NCBI GenBank assembly: GCA_040954595.2
Contig: CM082577.2
Location: forward strand, 11,875,654 to 11,939,653
DNA length: 64,000 bases
Reading direction: 5' to 3'
DNA from: Balanoglossus misakiensis
Taxonomy: Eukaryota > Animalia > Hemichordata
Below the pieces are notes generated by a model. It searched no databases and was not told the origin of the DNA. It saw only the letters and a program-made list of their open reading frames with translations. Of the stretch, positions 1 to 13,152 are shown in pieces; position 1 is the stretch's first letter, and every line of letters begins with the position of its first letter. The position numbers were made by a program, and so were the translations under genes.

Positions 1-553
1 CCCATTATCTTTCCGGCGTCTTCTGACAAATCTGTGATCATCTCCACGATGGATTGTGGACATGACACACACTGGTCTATTGTCTTTCCATTGCTTTGTT
101 AAGACTTGCCCATCCCTAAAATATCGCATCCCACCCTGTTGTGTACTCCTCTCCCACTGTGGATCTTTGAACAAAAAAGGAAACCCCCGCCTCGTCTTCA
201 AAACAGTCCCACAAGATAGTGTCCCATGATCATAAGTGCATTTAGCAAATTAGGTGGTGTATAGTAATTATCAAAATAAACCTGGTATCCCTGCGCATTA
301 ATTCTTTCACCTAATCTCATAATAACATCATAACCCAACTCATTCTCAGCTGTCATCAATAGGACATCAGCGCGATGAATAAAGAAAAACTTACCTTGCA
401 CCACAACGATTGACGGTTTATCGGTTCATCTCTGCCGGATTCTTCTGACGAGTCAGTTGAAAACTCATCGAAAACATCATCGGAGTCACTGCTACTTGAA
501 CTTTCACGGTCACTCATCATTGTACAATCAAAACAAAACTTCCGAAGACTCAA
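1..553 (-). mobile_element. piggyBac-type transposase remnant (internally deleted, frameshifted)
   Basis: Acidic Ser/Asp N-terminus (356-553). 'LGYDVIMRL...YQVYFDNYYT' catalytic-region motif (198-404). 'QWKDNRPV..MSTIH' read on the minus strand near 45-95. Confidence 0.8.
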
Positions 554-1263
554 TGATGAATATTCTGCAGATAATGAATAATTCAGTTAGGTTGCAAGTC
601 ACTGCGTAAATATTTGAATAAAAAATGCGCTGACTAATTTGCATATTTGCAATCGGAATTTTTTCGGCGCAGCAGAAAACGCATCGAACTGCTTTATAAC
701 AACTACAAGTTATGGAAAAATATTCTGTATCTTCAATTTGTTTAACAAATTCCACCAATCTCTTAATTCAAACTCCAGGAATTGATGGTATATAGTCACA
801 CCCTCCTAAAACACTGAATGTAAATAAACTTCAGGAATGACCATTTCTCCATTTCAAAGCACTTCTGAAGTTCACTGGCATCAACCATAAAGTGCTGTTC
901 CAAACTCGGTATCGGTTTTGGTGAAAACCTGTAATCATATTTGGAAAACAATATAACTCAGAAAATACTACTACATGACATACTTTCTATTGTAAGCAAA
1001 ATCCAAAAATGTTAAGATCGTCATACTTTAACTAGACTAATGACACTTTAATACTCTAGCTGCTCCATAAGCAATGACATCAGAGTCTATTGTGATGATG
1101 CCATAAACTTTGCCACACATCGACAAATAGGCCGTCTGGGCATCTGCCTCATATGGTGCAACTATGTATTCTACGTTATGTTCACGAAGACTCTATAAAA
1201 ACAGGCGTTTTTAATTAATATAGAAAATGTGTATCTGTTTTCTGTTACAGACAGCATACTTAC

Positions 1264-1525
1264 TATTTTTTCTCAATGGCAAAGGCGATGTTGGTGGTGT
1301 GGGCGTCAACAGCTCCTCCCCCAAGTACTTCACAAAGTTTGCTGGGAATGACCCAGCAAACTCCCTACCTCTGACTGTACCAATAAGCCATCCTCTTGGC
1401 TGTTGAGGGGTACTATGGAACTTCCATGGTAACCCCCCAACTTCAATGATATCATCCGTTTTCATAGACAGTTCAGTACTGCTCTCTGCAGTAAAAGTAT
1501 GACACACTTTGTACAGGAACATTTT
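1264..1525 (-). pseudogene. SH3-domain exon fragment, copy 1 (PI3K p85-type SH3 with Pro-rich tail)
   Basis: LYKVCHTFTAESSTELSMKTDDIIEV...GWLIG...GSFPANFVKYLG, followed by PTPPTSPLP and a GTAAGT splice donor. Confidence 0.75.
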
Positions 1526-1774
1526 CTTTTGGGAGATGAATAAAGACAAAAGACAACTTACAAGTCACAGAAACAGAGGGATTCATTAGTTTCATGACTT
1601 TATTATAATATGCTTGGTGTGAATCCTGCTTGCTGATTGGCAAGAGCCAGGGTTTATATTCTCGCAAAAAAATGGACCAAGAACAGTGAATTGAAGGTTA
1701 CCTAAACCAGACACTTTTTTTCTCAAAATGGACAGTTTACTTACAAATCAGATGTGGTTACTGAACATGTGTTC

Positions 1775-2090
1775 TTAATTAATATAGAAAATGTGTATCT
1801 GTTTCTGTTAAAGACAACATGCTTACTATTTTGTCTAACTGGCAATGGCGGCGTTGGTGGTGTGGGCGTCGACAGCTCCTCCCCCAAGTACTTAACAAAG
1901 TTTGCTGGGAATGACCCAGCAAACTCGTTACTCTCACTTTACCAATAAGCCATCCTCTTGGCTGTTGAGGGGTACCATGGAACTTCCATGGTAATCCATC
2001 TTCTTCTATTATATCATTTTTATTGATACTCAGTTCTTTACTGGTTTCTGCCTGGAAATTATGGCAGGCTAAATTGTACAGGCTGACATA
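1775..2090 (-). pseudogene. SH3-domain exon fragment, copy 2 (diverged, frameshifted)
   Basis: Minus strand reads LYNLACHNFQAETSKELSINKNDIIEEDGLPWKFHGTPQQPRGWLIG...GSFPANFVKYLG. Shares flanking intron sequence with copy 1. Confidence 0.7.
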
Positions 2091-2139
2091 AGGATGGCGT
2101 GGCTGAATGCATGACTTATCCCACTTTTATATATCCATA

Positions 2140-2420
2140 CCAGTACACTCTTCTCCAAGATTGACAGCACCGACTAGCTTGTTGATGCCACCTTGATTAC
2201 ATATTTGAAGGTCTTTTTTGATGGCCATTTCATCGAAGACCACTCCGCCTGAATAACCCGAAGTAGGGACTTCTTTTCCGCTGCCGTAGCTTTCATCCAC
2301 TGGAACATGTCTTCGTTGAATCCGGGTTTCTGATCAATTACGTTTTTGTATATTTGGAGTAGTCTTGAAGAAGGCAGGACCATATACCCACTTTGTATAA
2401 TGTCCTCGTACCCCTGGGTG
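2140..2420 (-). mobile_element. P-element/THAP9-like transposase fragment
   Basis: GYEDIIQSGYMVLPSSRLLQIYKN...PGFN, then after a frameshift GGVVFDEMAIKKDLQI...LVGAVNLG (first catalytic Asp motif). Confidence 0.75.
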
Positions 2421-2809
2421 TTCTTAACCATAACTGTTGCGCAAACCTTATGATTTCTCTTTCCTGTTTGCCTTGCATGACATCCCTTACCTAATTCTGG
2501 TACACTGAAAATATACCTAAGGTATACTTTCTCAAACAAAATAGGTACTATTTAGGTATACCTAAAAATGTACACACAAATAGTTATACACCGAATACAA
2601 ATCACATGTGGCATTGGCAAGCAGATGTGACCTTATATACAGTATAAACATGGAAAAAAAGTTAACAACAAACATGTCTAAACAAACACATATGACTATC
2701 AACTTCTTTCAGCCAACCCTTAGAGAGACAGACAAGCAGACACGCTAACTGACCTGCAATGTCAATGTGTTATTACCCTTATGAAAATAAAGGCCTTGTC
2801 GCGATACAT

Positions 2810-3060
2810 TGCGGCAGCTCTACAGTAGGTTTGCTGCAGCTCTACAGCAGGTAGACGCAGCAGAGCCGATTTTTCGCATGCAAATTAGGTGATTCTGCAA
2901 AGCTGCCGCAGAGACTGCCGCATCCTTGCCGCAGCCAGTACATACGCTACAGAAATGCTGCAGCCCTGCCGCACTGACAGCTCTGCAATAGGTTTGCTGC
3001 AGCTCTGCAGCAGTTAATGTGGAGACGTGGCAGAGCCATTTTTTCACATGCAAATTAGGA
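2810..3060. repeat. Two imperfect copies of a GCAG-rich unit (satellite or MITE remnant)
   Basis: 'gcagctct..aggtttgctgcagctct..gcagagcc..catgcaaattagg' occurs twice. Confidence 0.55.
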
Positions 3061-3512
3061 GCATATGCCCCCCCCCCCCACACCAACCGGGATAATGATG
3101 ATCCGCACGCAACCACTCCTGCCATACCATATTCCTTTCTCCAAAGCCACCATTATGATGTGAATTGCTGAATGATTGTGCTTAGTTGAACTACTTTCTA
3201 TGTACATTAATATTGATACCTGGGATATAAAAATAAAGGATATTAAGTGCAAATTGCATTTCTTCAAATATTTAATAACCTAACATACACTGTTTTCAAA
3301 TACAGTATTCCACATTGGTTTAAAGTTATGAACATTCTCGAAGAATGTACAATGACGCTCTTGAACTTATTAAATTTCTTTACCACCAAAAGTCATTGGA
3401 AAAAAAGGCTGTCCATGTCACAATAATATTTCATTGAACCAGGTAGACTTCACAACCAGTCTACAATGGTACACCCTCCAAACTAAGTGTACCCGTAATT
3501 ACCCCCTTTATC

Positions 3513-4765
3513 TTACATGGAATTGGATATTATAAAACAGTACGATTTGCGAAAATGCGCTTGTCTGACAAAGGATACATGCTTGCACATCATGTTAAGA
3601 AAGGCTAATTCTGCTCTGCCTGTAATGGATTCTATCATTTGTGGTATTGTTTGAAGGATATTTACCGACCCTACAATCTGTAAATCAACATATCGTTGAG
3701 TACCATAGAACAAATTCATCAGATTGCCATTCATGTCGTCAAAAGGAAAGCATGAGTATGACCAAAATGGACCCAAATCCCAAACACTCAACGGTAGATG
3801 AAGAAGAGAATGCATATTTAAAGTACAATGATGCAGTCCGTACAATGACTCAAACATGTACACAAAATGCCTCAATAAAACTTCACTTCTTTCAATATCA
3901 AGATCTGCAACACTATCTTTGCAAAGATTAAACATCCCTTCAACATAGCTAGAATAGTGATAATAGTACATTGCTGGCAGTAAGTCTGCTAAAATAGGCA
4001 AAGAATAGAAAAATAACCATGATCTCATTCCTGACGCTTTCCAATATTTAAAATGAGAACTTATTGCTCTTGGAATTCGTGTAATTATTGCAAGGGGTTT
4101 TATCTGTAGGAGACGCTCGTCAATCAAATCCAGATATCTTATCAATGAAAACTCCTCGGAAGAGTATTAAGAACCACAGACTATGTAAACATTTCGCTAT
4201 ACCCATCAATGCCAAGTGCATATAATCAATTGCAGTACTTCTAACATAGTCATAGAATTTAAAATTCATTAAAAATGAAGGCCCCTTTATTCCATTGACT
4301 ATTTTCCCTGTAGCAACTGATTCCATAGCATTATCCAACTAGTAACCGTGTCCAATGATTCTTTAGCTGTTCTTGGGTCTTTAGGGGGATCATCTTTGTT
4401 GTATGGGAAAACATGTACATGGCCCCTTTTACTTGAAGGGTGGGTTTTTCCTGGCTGCGAACATCTAGGACAGCCAAACTTACCATTAAATTGCACACAG
4501 TTCATGGCCAAACTTTTAGCTGGGAGATCAGCTGTACCACATAAAAGAAATGCTTTAATATTTACAATCCCATGCCCATCGACTGCAACATCAAGACCAG
4601 AAGATTCAAGAGTTTTTAGACTCTTATGAAGTGGACCAGTGAAATGAGGCATAAAAGGCTTGTTTTTCGCCAAACCATAATCCAGCGAAAATAATGTTTT
4701 CTTTAAATCGTCTAATCTTAGGGGGCAACTCATTTATGGAGATATACATTGGCCAGATTGGAAAA
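3513..4765 (-). mobile_element. EnSpm/CACTA transposase remnant (several frameshifts)
   Basis: WPMYISINELPP...AGLWFG; CGTADLPAK...QFNGKFGCPRC; GIKGPS; IDYMH; FKYWKAS...WLFFYSLP; NMHSLLHL...GPFWSYSCFPF. Confidence 0.88.
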
Positions 4766-5054
4766 TCCATCAACATCACATATAAAATAATATAATATGA
4801 ATAGAATAAAACTGATTCACAAAATATCAAAGAGCTACTTGTTGGGCATTTGATTTTAAGTTGGATGGTGTTTGTGTATTGCAGAGGGATGTTTGTGTGC
4901 AGTAATCACGCTGTACATACCATGCAAGCTCTTAAGTTTGGCATACTCCGTTTGCAAGTGTTCAAAATCACGGGTTAGTCTTTGATTGGCTTGTTCTAAG
5001 GCAGGACAGGATTCACAACTACCAAATGGAGTTGCTATGTCACGATTAAACTCA

Positions 5055-6265
5055 TCGTGGAGGGAAGAAAGCGCACGTGATGCGATCTTTGCTAACTTTG
5101 AAGCCTGGCGCGTGTTTTTCACTGGAAGCAGCAAGAGTCGTTGGTGGCAATAATTTCCAGTAAAGTCCCGTTTCGTCGGCATTGTACAGCTGCTCGGTGG
5201 TGTAGTTTTCATTTTCAATAACATCTTTGAGTTTTCTGATGAACGGCTCGACTTCGTTTTCATTTGATGACAGTTTTACGCCCTGGACAGCTATCTGACG
5301 GATACCGTGTCTCTGTTTGAAATTTTTTAACCAGCCGGTGCTTGCTTTGAACTGGGACTGATCACCATGAAGCTGCTCGTCAAACCACTTTGTTTTTTCG
5401 GTGATGATCTGGCCAGATAACGGGGAACCCCTACTTCTCTCTTGAGTAAACCACGTGAAAACGGAGGTCTCCAGGGCATCGTCCTTGGCTGTCTTCATTA
5501 TCTTTCGCTTGAGGCCGGCGTCGGTGTTCATCTTGCTGGCATAGTCGCGCAACTTTGCTTACTCTTCCTAATGTCGGTTATGGTGGATTTCCCGACACTC
5601 ATGTGAAGGTTTAGTAGCACTTTCACCTTTTTCAAGACGATCGATGATCAATAACTTGGCGTTGATGTCGAGCACGTGACGCATGCGTTTCATTGATGAC
5701 GTAGCCATGATGACGTAGACAGTGATGGCGGAAGCAGAGCGATGTCAGTTCGATGTTACCAGATCACTACTGGAATTACGAATGGTCCAATTTCCCAAAA
5801 CCCAAGGGTTTTTATACGCTTCTAGCTAAGCAGTTATCACTTTTAATTTTGACGGATTGCCACAAAATGCTGCAAACGTTTAAAGAAGAAGCCGACCATC
5901 GGTCGCAACTTTTAGCAAGGCCGACAAAGGGTATGCGGCTGAACTGACCATGCCATTGTTGAGCGGTTTATTTTCACACCTCTTGCGATTCCATCCAAAT
6001 GATTCATACCTGGGGATACAAAACATTAACACTTTAAGAATTAAAACAAAAGGCAAATGGGCGGTAAGGTTGTTTAAAGAAATAACTTTATTAAAGAGGA
6101 AAGTGCTGTACGATAATGCCATCCTTTGAAAGCAAGGGCCGCGACCATCAATCAATGATTAAGCAGGGGTATACGCCAACATGTAGACTTTGTGGGGGAC
6201 ACGGAGTGAGTGCGGATAACCGAACAATTCGGATAATTGACGTTCGGATAATCGACGTTCGACTG
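5055..6265 (-). mobile_element. pogo/Tigger (CENP-B/Jerky-like) transposon, 5' half with TIR
   Basis: ATG at ~5708 (MATSSMKRMRHVL...), then CENP-B HTH (WFTQERSRGSPLSG...FKASTGWLKNFKQRHGI) and LYNADETGLYWK. Terminus TA|CAGTCGAACGTCGATTATCCG at 6265. Confidence 0.88.
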
Positions 6266-6274
6266 TATGTATTC

Positions 6275-6465
6275 AACGTTATGATCATGAAGATTCTATA
6301 AATATAAACAGGCGTCTTTAATTTATATAGAAAATGTGTATCTGTTTTCTGTTAAAGACAGCATACTTACTATTTTTCTCAATGGCAAAGCTGGCGTTGG
6401 TGGTGTTGGAGATACCAGCTTCTCCCCCAAGTACTTCACGAAGTTTGCTGGGAATGACCCCAGCC
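6275..6465 (-). pseudogene. SH3-domain exon fragment, copy 3 (5'-truncated)
   Basis: GSFPANFVKYLGEKLVSPTPPTPALPLRK plus the same downstream intron sequence as copy 1. Confidence 0.7.
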
Positions 6466-7286
6466 TTTTCTCCACCTTTAATTCTTCCCCGTCAGCCAAC
6501 CTCTCAACCATAAAGTCTCCATTTTAAAACTCTACATGGAAAACTTACATTATATATCTTCCTGGACATTTGTCCAGAAAGGACTCCATAATGGTCTCCA
6601 TCTCCCATTTTTGTAAGTGGTGCATGGTGACCTGGTGATACATGATTGAGAAAGTATGCCATAACAATAAATATTCTCAAGCATAAAGTCTCCATTTTAA
6701 TACTCTACCTGGAAAACTTACTTAACTTGAGTAAAGTAAGTTTCAATACTTCAATATTTTATTATACAAATACAAGCAAATAATCACAAACTTTCAGCAC
6801 TGTGTTAAAATCAAAATCCCTGAATGTAAATCAATCTTCTAATCTCCAAAAAATCAGCGACGGCACTTGGCAGCAGAAGTCTGCTCGTAAGCTTTCATTC
6901 TGGATGATTTCTTCCTTGGTCAGTCAGATTTTTGGGGGGCTGAAAAGAAAAAAATTAATATGTTGTTATGTTGTTTTAAATTTAATGTACAGAATTGTTT
7001 TTTATGTGCAATGCTGTAGCAGATGATTAATAAAATATTGTGATGTATAACTTTAACCTGTCACCATTGCAGTTAAAAGTTGGATGTCATCATTTTGTTG
7101 CCTTGAGCTTGACATAACTGGACTTTCCATCAGTATTGATGATCCTTCTGGCAAATATACAATACTTGTTGTGTCTGTTGTTGATTCTTCAGTGGTTTCT
7201 CCGGTACTTGCAGGTATACTGTATTCGGGACGTCAATTGCACCCTAATAGTATTTTTGGGTGATACGTAAAATTGCAAGTTTGGAA

Positions 7287-7604
7287 TCATGTGACTTCTA
7301 TGGTTTCGCTGTCAAACCTCAGGCTTGGTTCCCTAATGATGGCATTTAGTGGAGATAGGATGATAACCGTGCTGCTCGATGCCACTTCTCCGTTCTCTCC
7401 AATGTAGGGAAGGGACTCGGAAATTAGTGATTTTCCGTAGCCTGTTGGTAGAAGACCAATACAATCCCCATTCAACGATGCCTTCAAACAGTCTAGTTGC
7501 TTTGGCTTGTATCCATAGAACCGTACAGATTGTTTCCTTTTAAGGTTTGGCATACAAACTTCAACTTCGAGGTTAGTGCCATGTTTTTTACTTTTTGCCT
7601 CCAC
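7287..7604 (-). pseudogene. RecQ-like SF2 helicase N-terminal fragment (probably Academ-type cargo)
   Basis: KPKQLDCL (Q motif), LLPTGYGKS (motif I), VIILSPLNAII (motif Ia). Confidence 0.75.
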
Positions 7605-7664
7605 CCATTTCTATGTTGGGAATAACTTTCGCCCAATCACAATGCATGTACATGTATTTATTAA

Positions 7665-10600
7665 GGCCAGAGAGAAAAAGAATCTTGTTCATCGGGGGGG
7701 GGGGGGGGGGGGGGTTTGTGTCATCGGTTTCAAAATCAGGCCGACCCCCCCCCCTTCACACAGGACCAAAAAATGATGACCCCCCTTTGACAGACCCAAA
7801 AATATGATGACCCTCACGGTGTAGGTGCCTTTGTACGCGGTTCGTTTTCTCTTGGCTTTGTGCTTCTTTCCGCAGAACATCACACGTCACTGCCTTCAAT
7901 TTATCGCCTTTGTTCCCTTTTAGGGACAGATTGTGGCGAGTTAAGTACTTGTCCAGCTCTCTTACAGTTAATTTTTTCAGTGTACCATTCAACACATGAT
8001 CCATCCAGTCATACTCTTGATACAGCTTTTCTTTCTTTTCCTGTTGTTTTTTCTTCCTGTCACCTTCTCTGATCTGCCTCGTCTGTTTTAAGGTGGTAAG
8101 ATGCTGGAGACAGGATGTTACATCCTCTTCGTCTACCGAATATTTTACGGCAGTCTCCTTTATGGCATCCGTGTTGTCAAGCGATAGGTGGTCACTCCTA
8201 AAGAGGTTGGTGATGTTGACACGAGGCTGCCAATCATATGGCTGCCTGGGCTGACCAGGTTCGCTCACATTAGGGGTGTCGAAGACATTCATGAAATGAA
8301 ATGATCTACTTTGATCAGGTATTGGTTGAGGTATCTTCTCCATCTGCGGTCCAGTAAATGGGTGATCATTACAAAATTTGCAAATGTTCCCCTTTTCAAG
8401 GCACCCTTGCTTCAAGTACTCCATGAAAAGTTCCCCTACATGAAAGTGGTTTTCTATGAATGAAAACACCTTTTCTATGTAGGCTGACCCTGGAACTGCA
8501 CTCCTGGATTGAATACCTGTTTGCTTGGCATAGTCATGTATGTAGCCAGAGTTACTGAAGAAAAATAGGTCTTCCTCCGTCTCTGAAACATGTGCCTTGA
8601 TAAATTCATGTAAAACAGGTGCACCATCAATTCTTCTGCAGACTTCATCAGCAACTATCCATGCATTTCTTTGCATTCTGTCCTTCTCATGGCTTTCATA
8701 GTCACCGACACTCATATTTGCTATTTCCTCTTCACTCATACCTTCAAATCTCTTTATCTTTATTACTCCCGTCCACAACAGCATCTCCAATAGTTCAGTT
8801 CAGTTCAGTTCAGTTCAGGGAATAGATATCCTTCCGGATAATGAAACATCCCTCCTGGTAAAACATATGCTAGTGATGGTCGATACAATCTTTGTTGCGC
8901 TGGTAACTGTCATATTTGTTCTTAAGAGTTGGTGCTGCTGGCGTTGACCACCCAATCCGGAAGACTGTTCCATTTGTTGACAACCCTCGGCGTAAATGAA
9001 TACTTTCTAATGTCTAGTTTTGTTGCAGGTTTGTGTAATTTGAAAGCAATTGACCCCTGGTTTTGGATGAACTGTTAATCTTGAATGCAATATTACAAGA
9101 ATCAATGTCGTTTAGAATTTTGAAAACTTCGATCATATCTCCTCTCACTCTCCTATCCTTCAAAGTCGGTAGGTTCAAGGCAGACAGACGCTGCTCATAG
9201 GGCTTATGTTGGAGTTGAGGGATCATTTTTGTTGCACGACGCTGCACCTGTTCGAGAATGTCAATGTCCTTTCTTAGCCAAGGTGACCAAGCCTGAACCG
9301 AGTACTCAAGTCGTGGCCTTACCAGCTGCTTGTACAAACGCAAAATTATATCCTTGGATTTAAATACAAGAGTTCTTTTCATCATCCCCAGAACTTTGTT
9401 TGCCTTTTTCGCTGCTTCTACACACTGTCGTGATGGTTTCAAGCTCCTATGAACAATGACACCCAGACACTTTTCTTCATCAATACTTTCCAGTGGAATA
9501 TTATTCATGTTGTAGATATGGTTTGGATTCTTGCTCCCAAGGTGCATCACTTTACATTTTTTTTACGTTGAAGCTCATTTGCCAGTCACAGGCCCACGTG
9601 TGTAGCCTATCCAGATCTAGCTGTAAAACTGTTCTGTCGTCTTTATTGCCAACACGGTTATATAGTTTGGTATCGTCCGCAAATTTCTTGATTGCTGATT
9701 TAATTCCCACATCGATGTCATTGATATAAATCAAAAATAGCATTACAATAGCTGAATTTGTTCGTTCAGCTTCTCCCTGGCCACTGTCACCTCTTGATCT
9801 ATGACACCTGACACGGTAACTGGAATCATGAAGCATAGCCAGTTCTGCTTCTCGAAATCTAACTTCCAGATTGGATACTCCAACTCCTGGGCCAGCATCT
9901 GTGAGGTCTGCCCAGTTGGGTTTCACCTTTGGTAAACAAAGATCATCCAGAACTTCTGAAAATGTTGTACAAAATTGGCCCATCTGGTGAAAAGCTGCCA
10001 GAAGTTCTTCTGTCTTGATAGGAAGTTTGTTTAACTTTGATAATAGGTCAGATGCACTATCACAGACTTGATTGATGACTGGTATAACACGTGTTGCTAA
10101 CAATTAACTGCTTTTCATCAGCATATCAAACTGCATTTCAACTTCCGCTATGGCAGTTTCCAGTCTATGCTGAAGATGTTTGAGTCGCTCAACTTCATAC
10201 TTTCTATGCCTGCAGTGTTCATTACTGGTCACTTTTTTCACATCTTCTTCCTCTGTCATTTGACTGTACAAGGCGACGTCATCATGCAAACGTGCACAGA
10301 TACTTCTGAACCTTTGACTATACTTTGGTGAACTGGCTTGCTGCACTTCAAATATGTCAGGATAAGTGTGACGCAGTCTTTGTGTTTCGGAGGCCCACAC
10401 AGTCCCTGATGATCCAATGATAGCTTTGGGTCTAACAATCACGAAGTGATTATCCTCATCAGTAAGTAAGTGTTCAGTATCATTCTCAGTTACTGCTCGC
10501 TTGTTGAAAATACGATGAGCGGAAGGTGTAATATAAACTTCCTTCTCTGGCCAGTCATATTTTGGAAGCTTCTTTGCTTGATCAACATCAGTCAATGTCA

Positions 10601-12020
10601 ATATAGCCTTATTACGGGTCTTCTCAAAACCCTCAGATGTACCTGGTCGAAGATAGGCCTTGTCATCGATACTTCTCATAAAACAGAAATCTCTTGCAGC
10701 TTCGTTTTTCTCAGAGAAGAACTTCATCTTTATGTTCTTGATATGTGCTCTCTGGTAATGTGTGTTTTCATTTGATGAATCTTCAGTTTTGGGGGTTTCT
10801 TAAAATAGAATAAACCTTTCCCTCTATGTTGCTTTGCCTGCAGTGATCTGACATTACGAGGTCTAGCCCGGTTATACACCGTTGTTGCAGATTTTATCAG
10901 TTTCTTATTCTTCTGTGCTAACCTGTAGTTGGCGATGTTAAGGAGATCACGTGATTTCACTCGTCGATTTGTGTACATGATAACATCATGACGTCTCCCA
11001 TGATATGTACTCTTAGTATTGTCCTTTAATTAATATTGTCCTTGTGGGACCTAACATCTGAGTTTTTTTTCATTTTACTTTGTCCCCATGTCTTGGTCTC
11101 TTTACCACTGTCTCTATACATTCTACACGATGGTCTAACAACACTGTACAGACTATCTCTCACTGCACACACTGTTCTGGTCGCGGTAGCCGTGTCTAAT
11201 TTGTTCCAGTCTGCACCAAGTTCGTCAAACAGCTGAATAATATCATTTTAAAGAACTTGGGATGTAATAGCTTGTGGGAAACATCTATTTTGTCAGGCAG
11301 ACCGACTTCAGTAACAGTGGACATCATGATCGAAAAACAAATTTTGAATGTGGCCGCCAGTATCAGATGGCGCGGTGGCGGAAGTACAGGTAGATGGAAT
11401 GGCTTTGTGTGCATGTTGACTGTCTGAGTTAGACACATTGACCACTACAAACTTCATGTGGAACTCGCTGCAGACTGACACCTCAGATCCTACTTTAACA
11501 TCGACGCAACCATGTATTTTGTCACTGTTGTAAATTTTTATACTTTCAATGAAATTTTCTTTCAATCAGATGCACCGTCCATCTGCTGTCACGATTTTGT
11601 TGTTAAACAAATCGCCAAACGTAATATCAAGACAAACACTGGATAGCGTCTCTCGAACTAACTGTTCGCCATCACGTCGAATGTTGGCGATCGAATTGAT
11701 ACTCATGACATGTATATATACCAACCTTTACTGAACAAGGAAATTTCGGCCCAAATAGACACACTTTGCGTCGCGATTCACCAAATTCAGAAGTCACAAC
11801 AACGTGTTGTGGTCAACTCACTCCAAACATGGCGGAAGTCTCAATCAAAATCCTGTGCCTGTGAAAACCCGAGAAAGTGTAGGGCGCCACCAACGGCAGT
11901 ACTAAGAATATTTGTAATGCGGAAGTAGAATATGCCAAGATCAAAAAAAAAAATTTGTTTCCAATTCAGCCAAAGTAGAAGCGGCGATTCCGATGAACAA
12001 TTTATTTATTCTTCCTGGCC
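7665..12020 (-). mobile_element. Near full-length Zator-like DDE DNA transposon (decayed), interrupted by a LINE
   Basis: Motifs SIDDKAYLRPG, TDAGPG and SGQGEAERTNSAI resemble Zator DDK/DGGP/ERR motifs. SAP-like C-terminus LKKLTVRELDKYL...LKGNKGDKL. Imperfect inverted ends ttaa|GGCCAG(AG)AGAA at 7665 and TTCTTCCTGGCC|ttaa at 12020. Confidence 0.65.
8794..9745 (-). mobile_element. 5'-truncated CR1-clade LINE with (CTGAA)n tail and 6-bp target-site duplication
   Basis: RT motifs LFLIYINDID...FADDTKL, WQMSFN, LYKQLVRPRLEY, RRVRGDMIEVFK. Tail at 8794-8818. CAATAG duplicated at 8788-8793 and 9746-9751. Confidence 0.92.
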
Positions 12021-12059
12021 TTAATTTAATTCGTTTGAAAGAGATTATTTTTGCAATCT

Positions 12060-12480
12060 GGTACAAACCCAAGCATGGAGGAGGTATTTCTTTTTCCAGT
12101 TTTGACGATCCTATTAGATATATTTGATTTTCAATTGCAAGCAAATGGCCTTGGTGTTTTGGATTTTTTTTGGATAGTCTGCAGTATAATTTATATGCCA
12201 GGTACACTGTCCTTGTCAATGGATTGTACAAGCTCAGGAACCTTCAGCATGACAGCCACAGCATGTACTATCTGCTTCTCAATATGTTGTGTGCCATTGA
12301 ACAACTTCAACAAAAATCCATTTGCATCTTCAAATGGAAAGCAAGACAAACACCACAATGGACCAACATAGAGAACATCATCAGGAAGGTGGTGGATCAG
12401 CTGATGAACATTGAGAGTCATTGCACTTTCCTTGTACATGACCGGAAACATGGCAACAAACTGAGCTAGAAGTGCCCTAC
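12060..12480 (-). mobile_element. Second EnSpm/CACTA transposase fragment (different family member)
   Basis: MTLNVHQLIHHL...VGPLWCLSCFPFEDANG...FNGTQ, paralogous to 3513-4145. Confidence 0.8.
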
Positions 12481-13152
12481 TGTGTGCAATATCCTCTATA
12501 TCGTTGCAATAAAGAAATCTATGAACAAATTAAAATGACAAGTCAATACAATAGTTGCTAGAATTGGTAAAACAAGAAAAATGGTGGGCGTGGGAGGGGG
12601 TGTCCCCCTCCCACATAAGAAAATTTTGTAAAATATGGTGCTCAAACTTGCATTTTAATGAACTCAAAAGCAAATTAATTCAATGTTGGGGAGGACAAAT
12701 TTTGATTTTGCCACTCCACTCAAAGTAAGCATCAGGGGTGGGGTGGCAAGAAGTCTTCCCTGGTACACTAGACAAACCAGCGAATAAATGCAATGTGACG
12801 AAGAATGGAGGGGTGGGTGTGGGAGGGGGTGTCTCACGAGTAGATTTTTGTCATTGATAACAAGAGGGACTGGATTGGACTATATTACGAATTGTACCCA
12901 AATCTCGACTGCAGAGGGGTTACTGCTTAATTGCATCACATTTGCTTTAGTTGTCTTCAATTCAACAGTGAACATTGCATTGTGAAATATACAAATTAGA
13001 ATATGACTATACCAAAAAGTGACAAAGCAACGATTCAATCAAAAATCTCAGCCAAATGTCAGAGAAAAACTACACCAAAGCACTAAACTAAGATTCGATA
13101 ACACTAATTAAGTCCCATTTGAGGATAACACGGAAATATTTATACACTGAAT

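Noticed and set aside
9552-10103. Apparent transposase-reverse transcriptase fusion ORF
   Set aside because: It is an in-frame junction created by a LINE insertion bounded by a 6-bp TSD.
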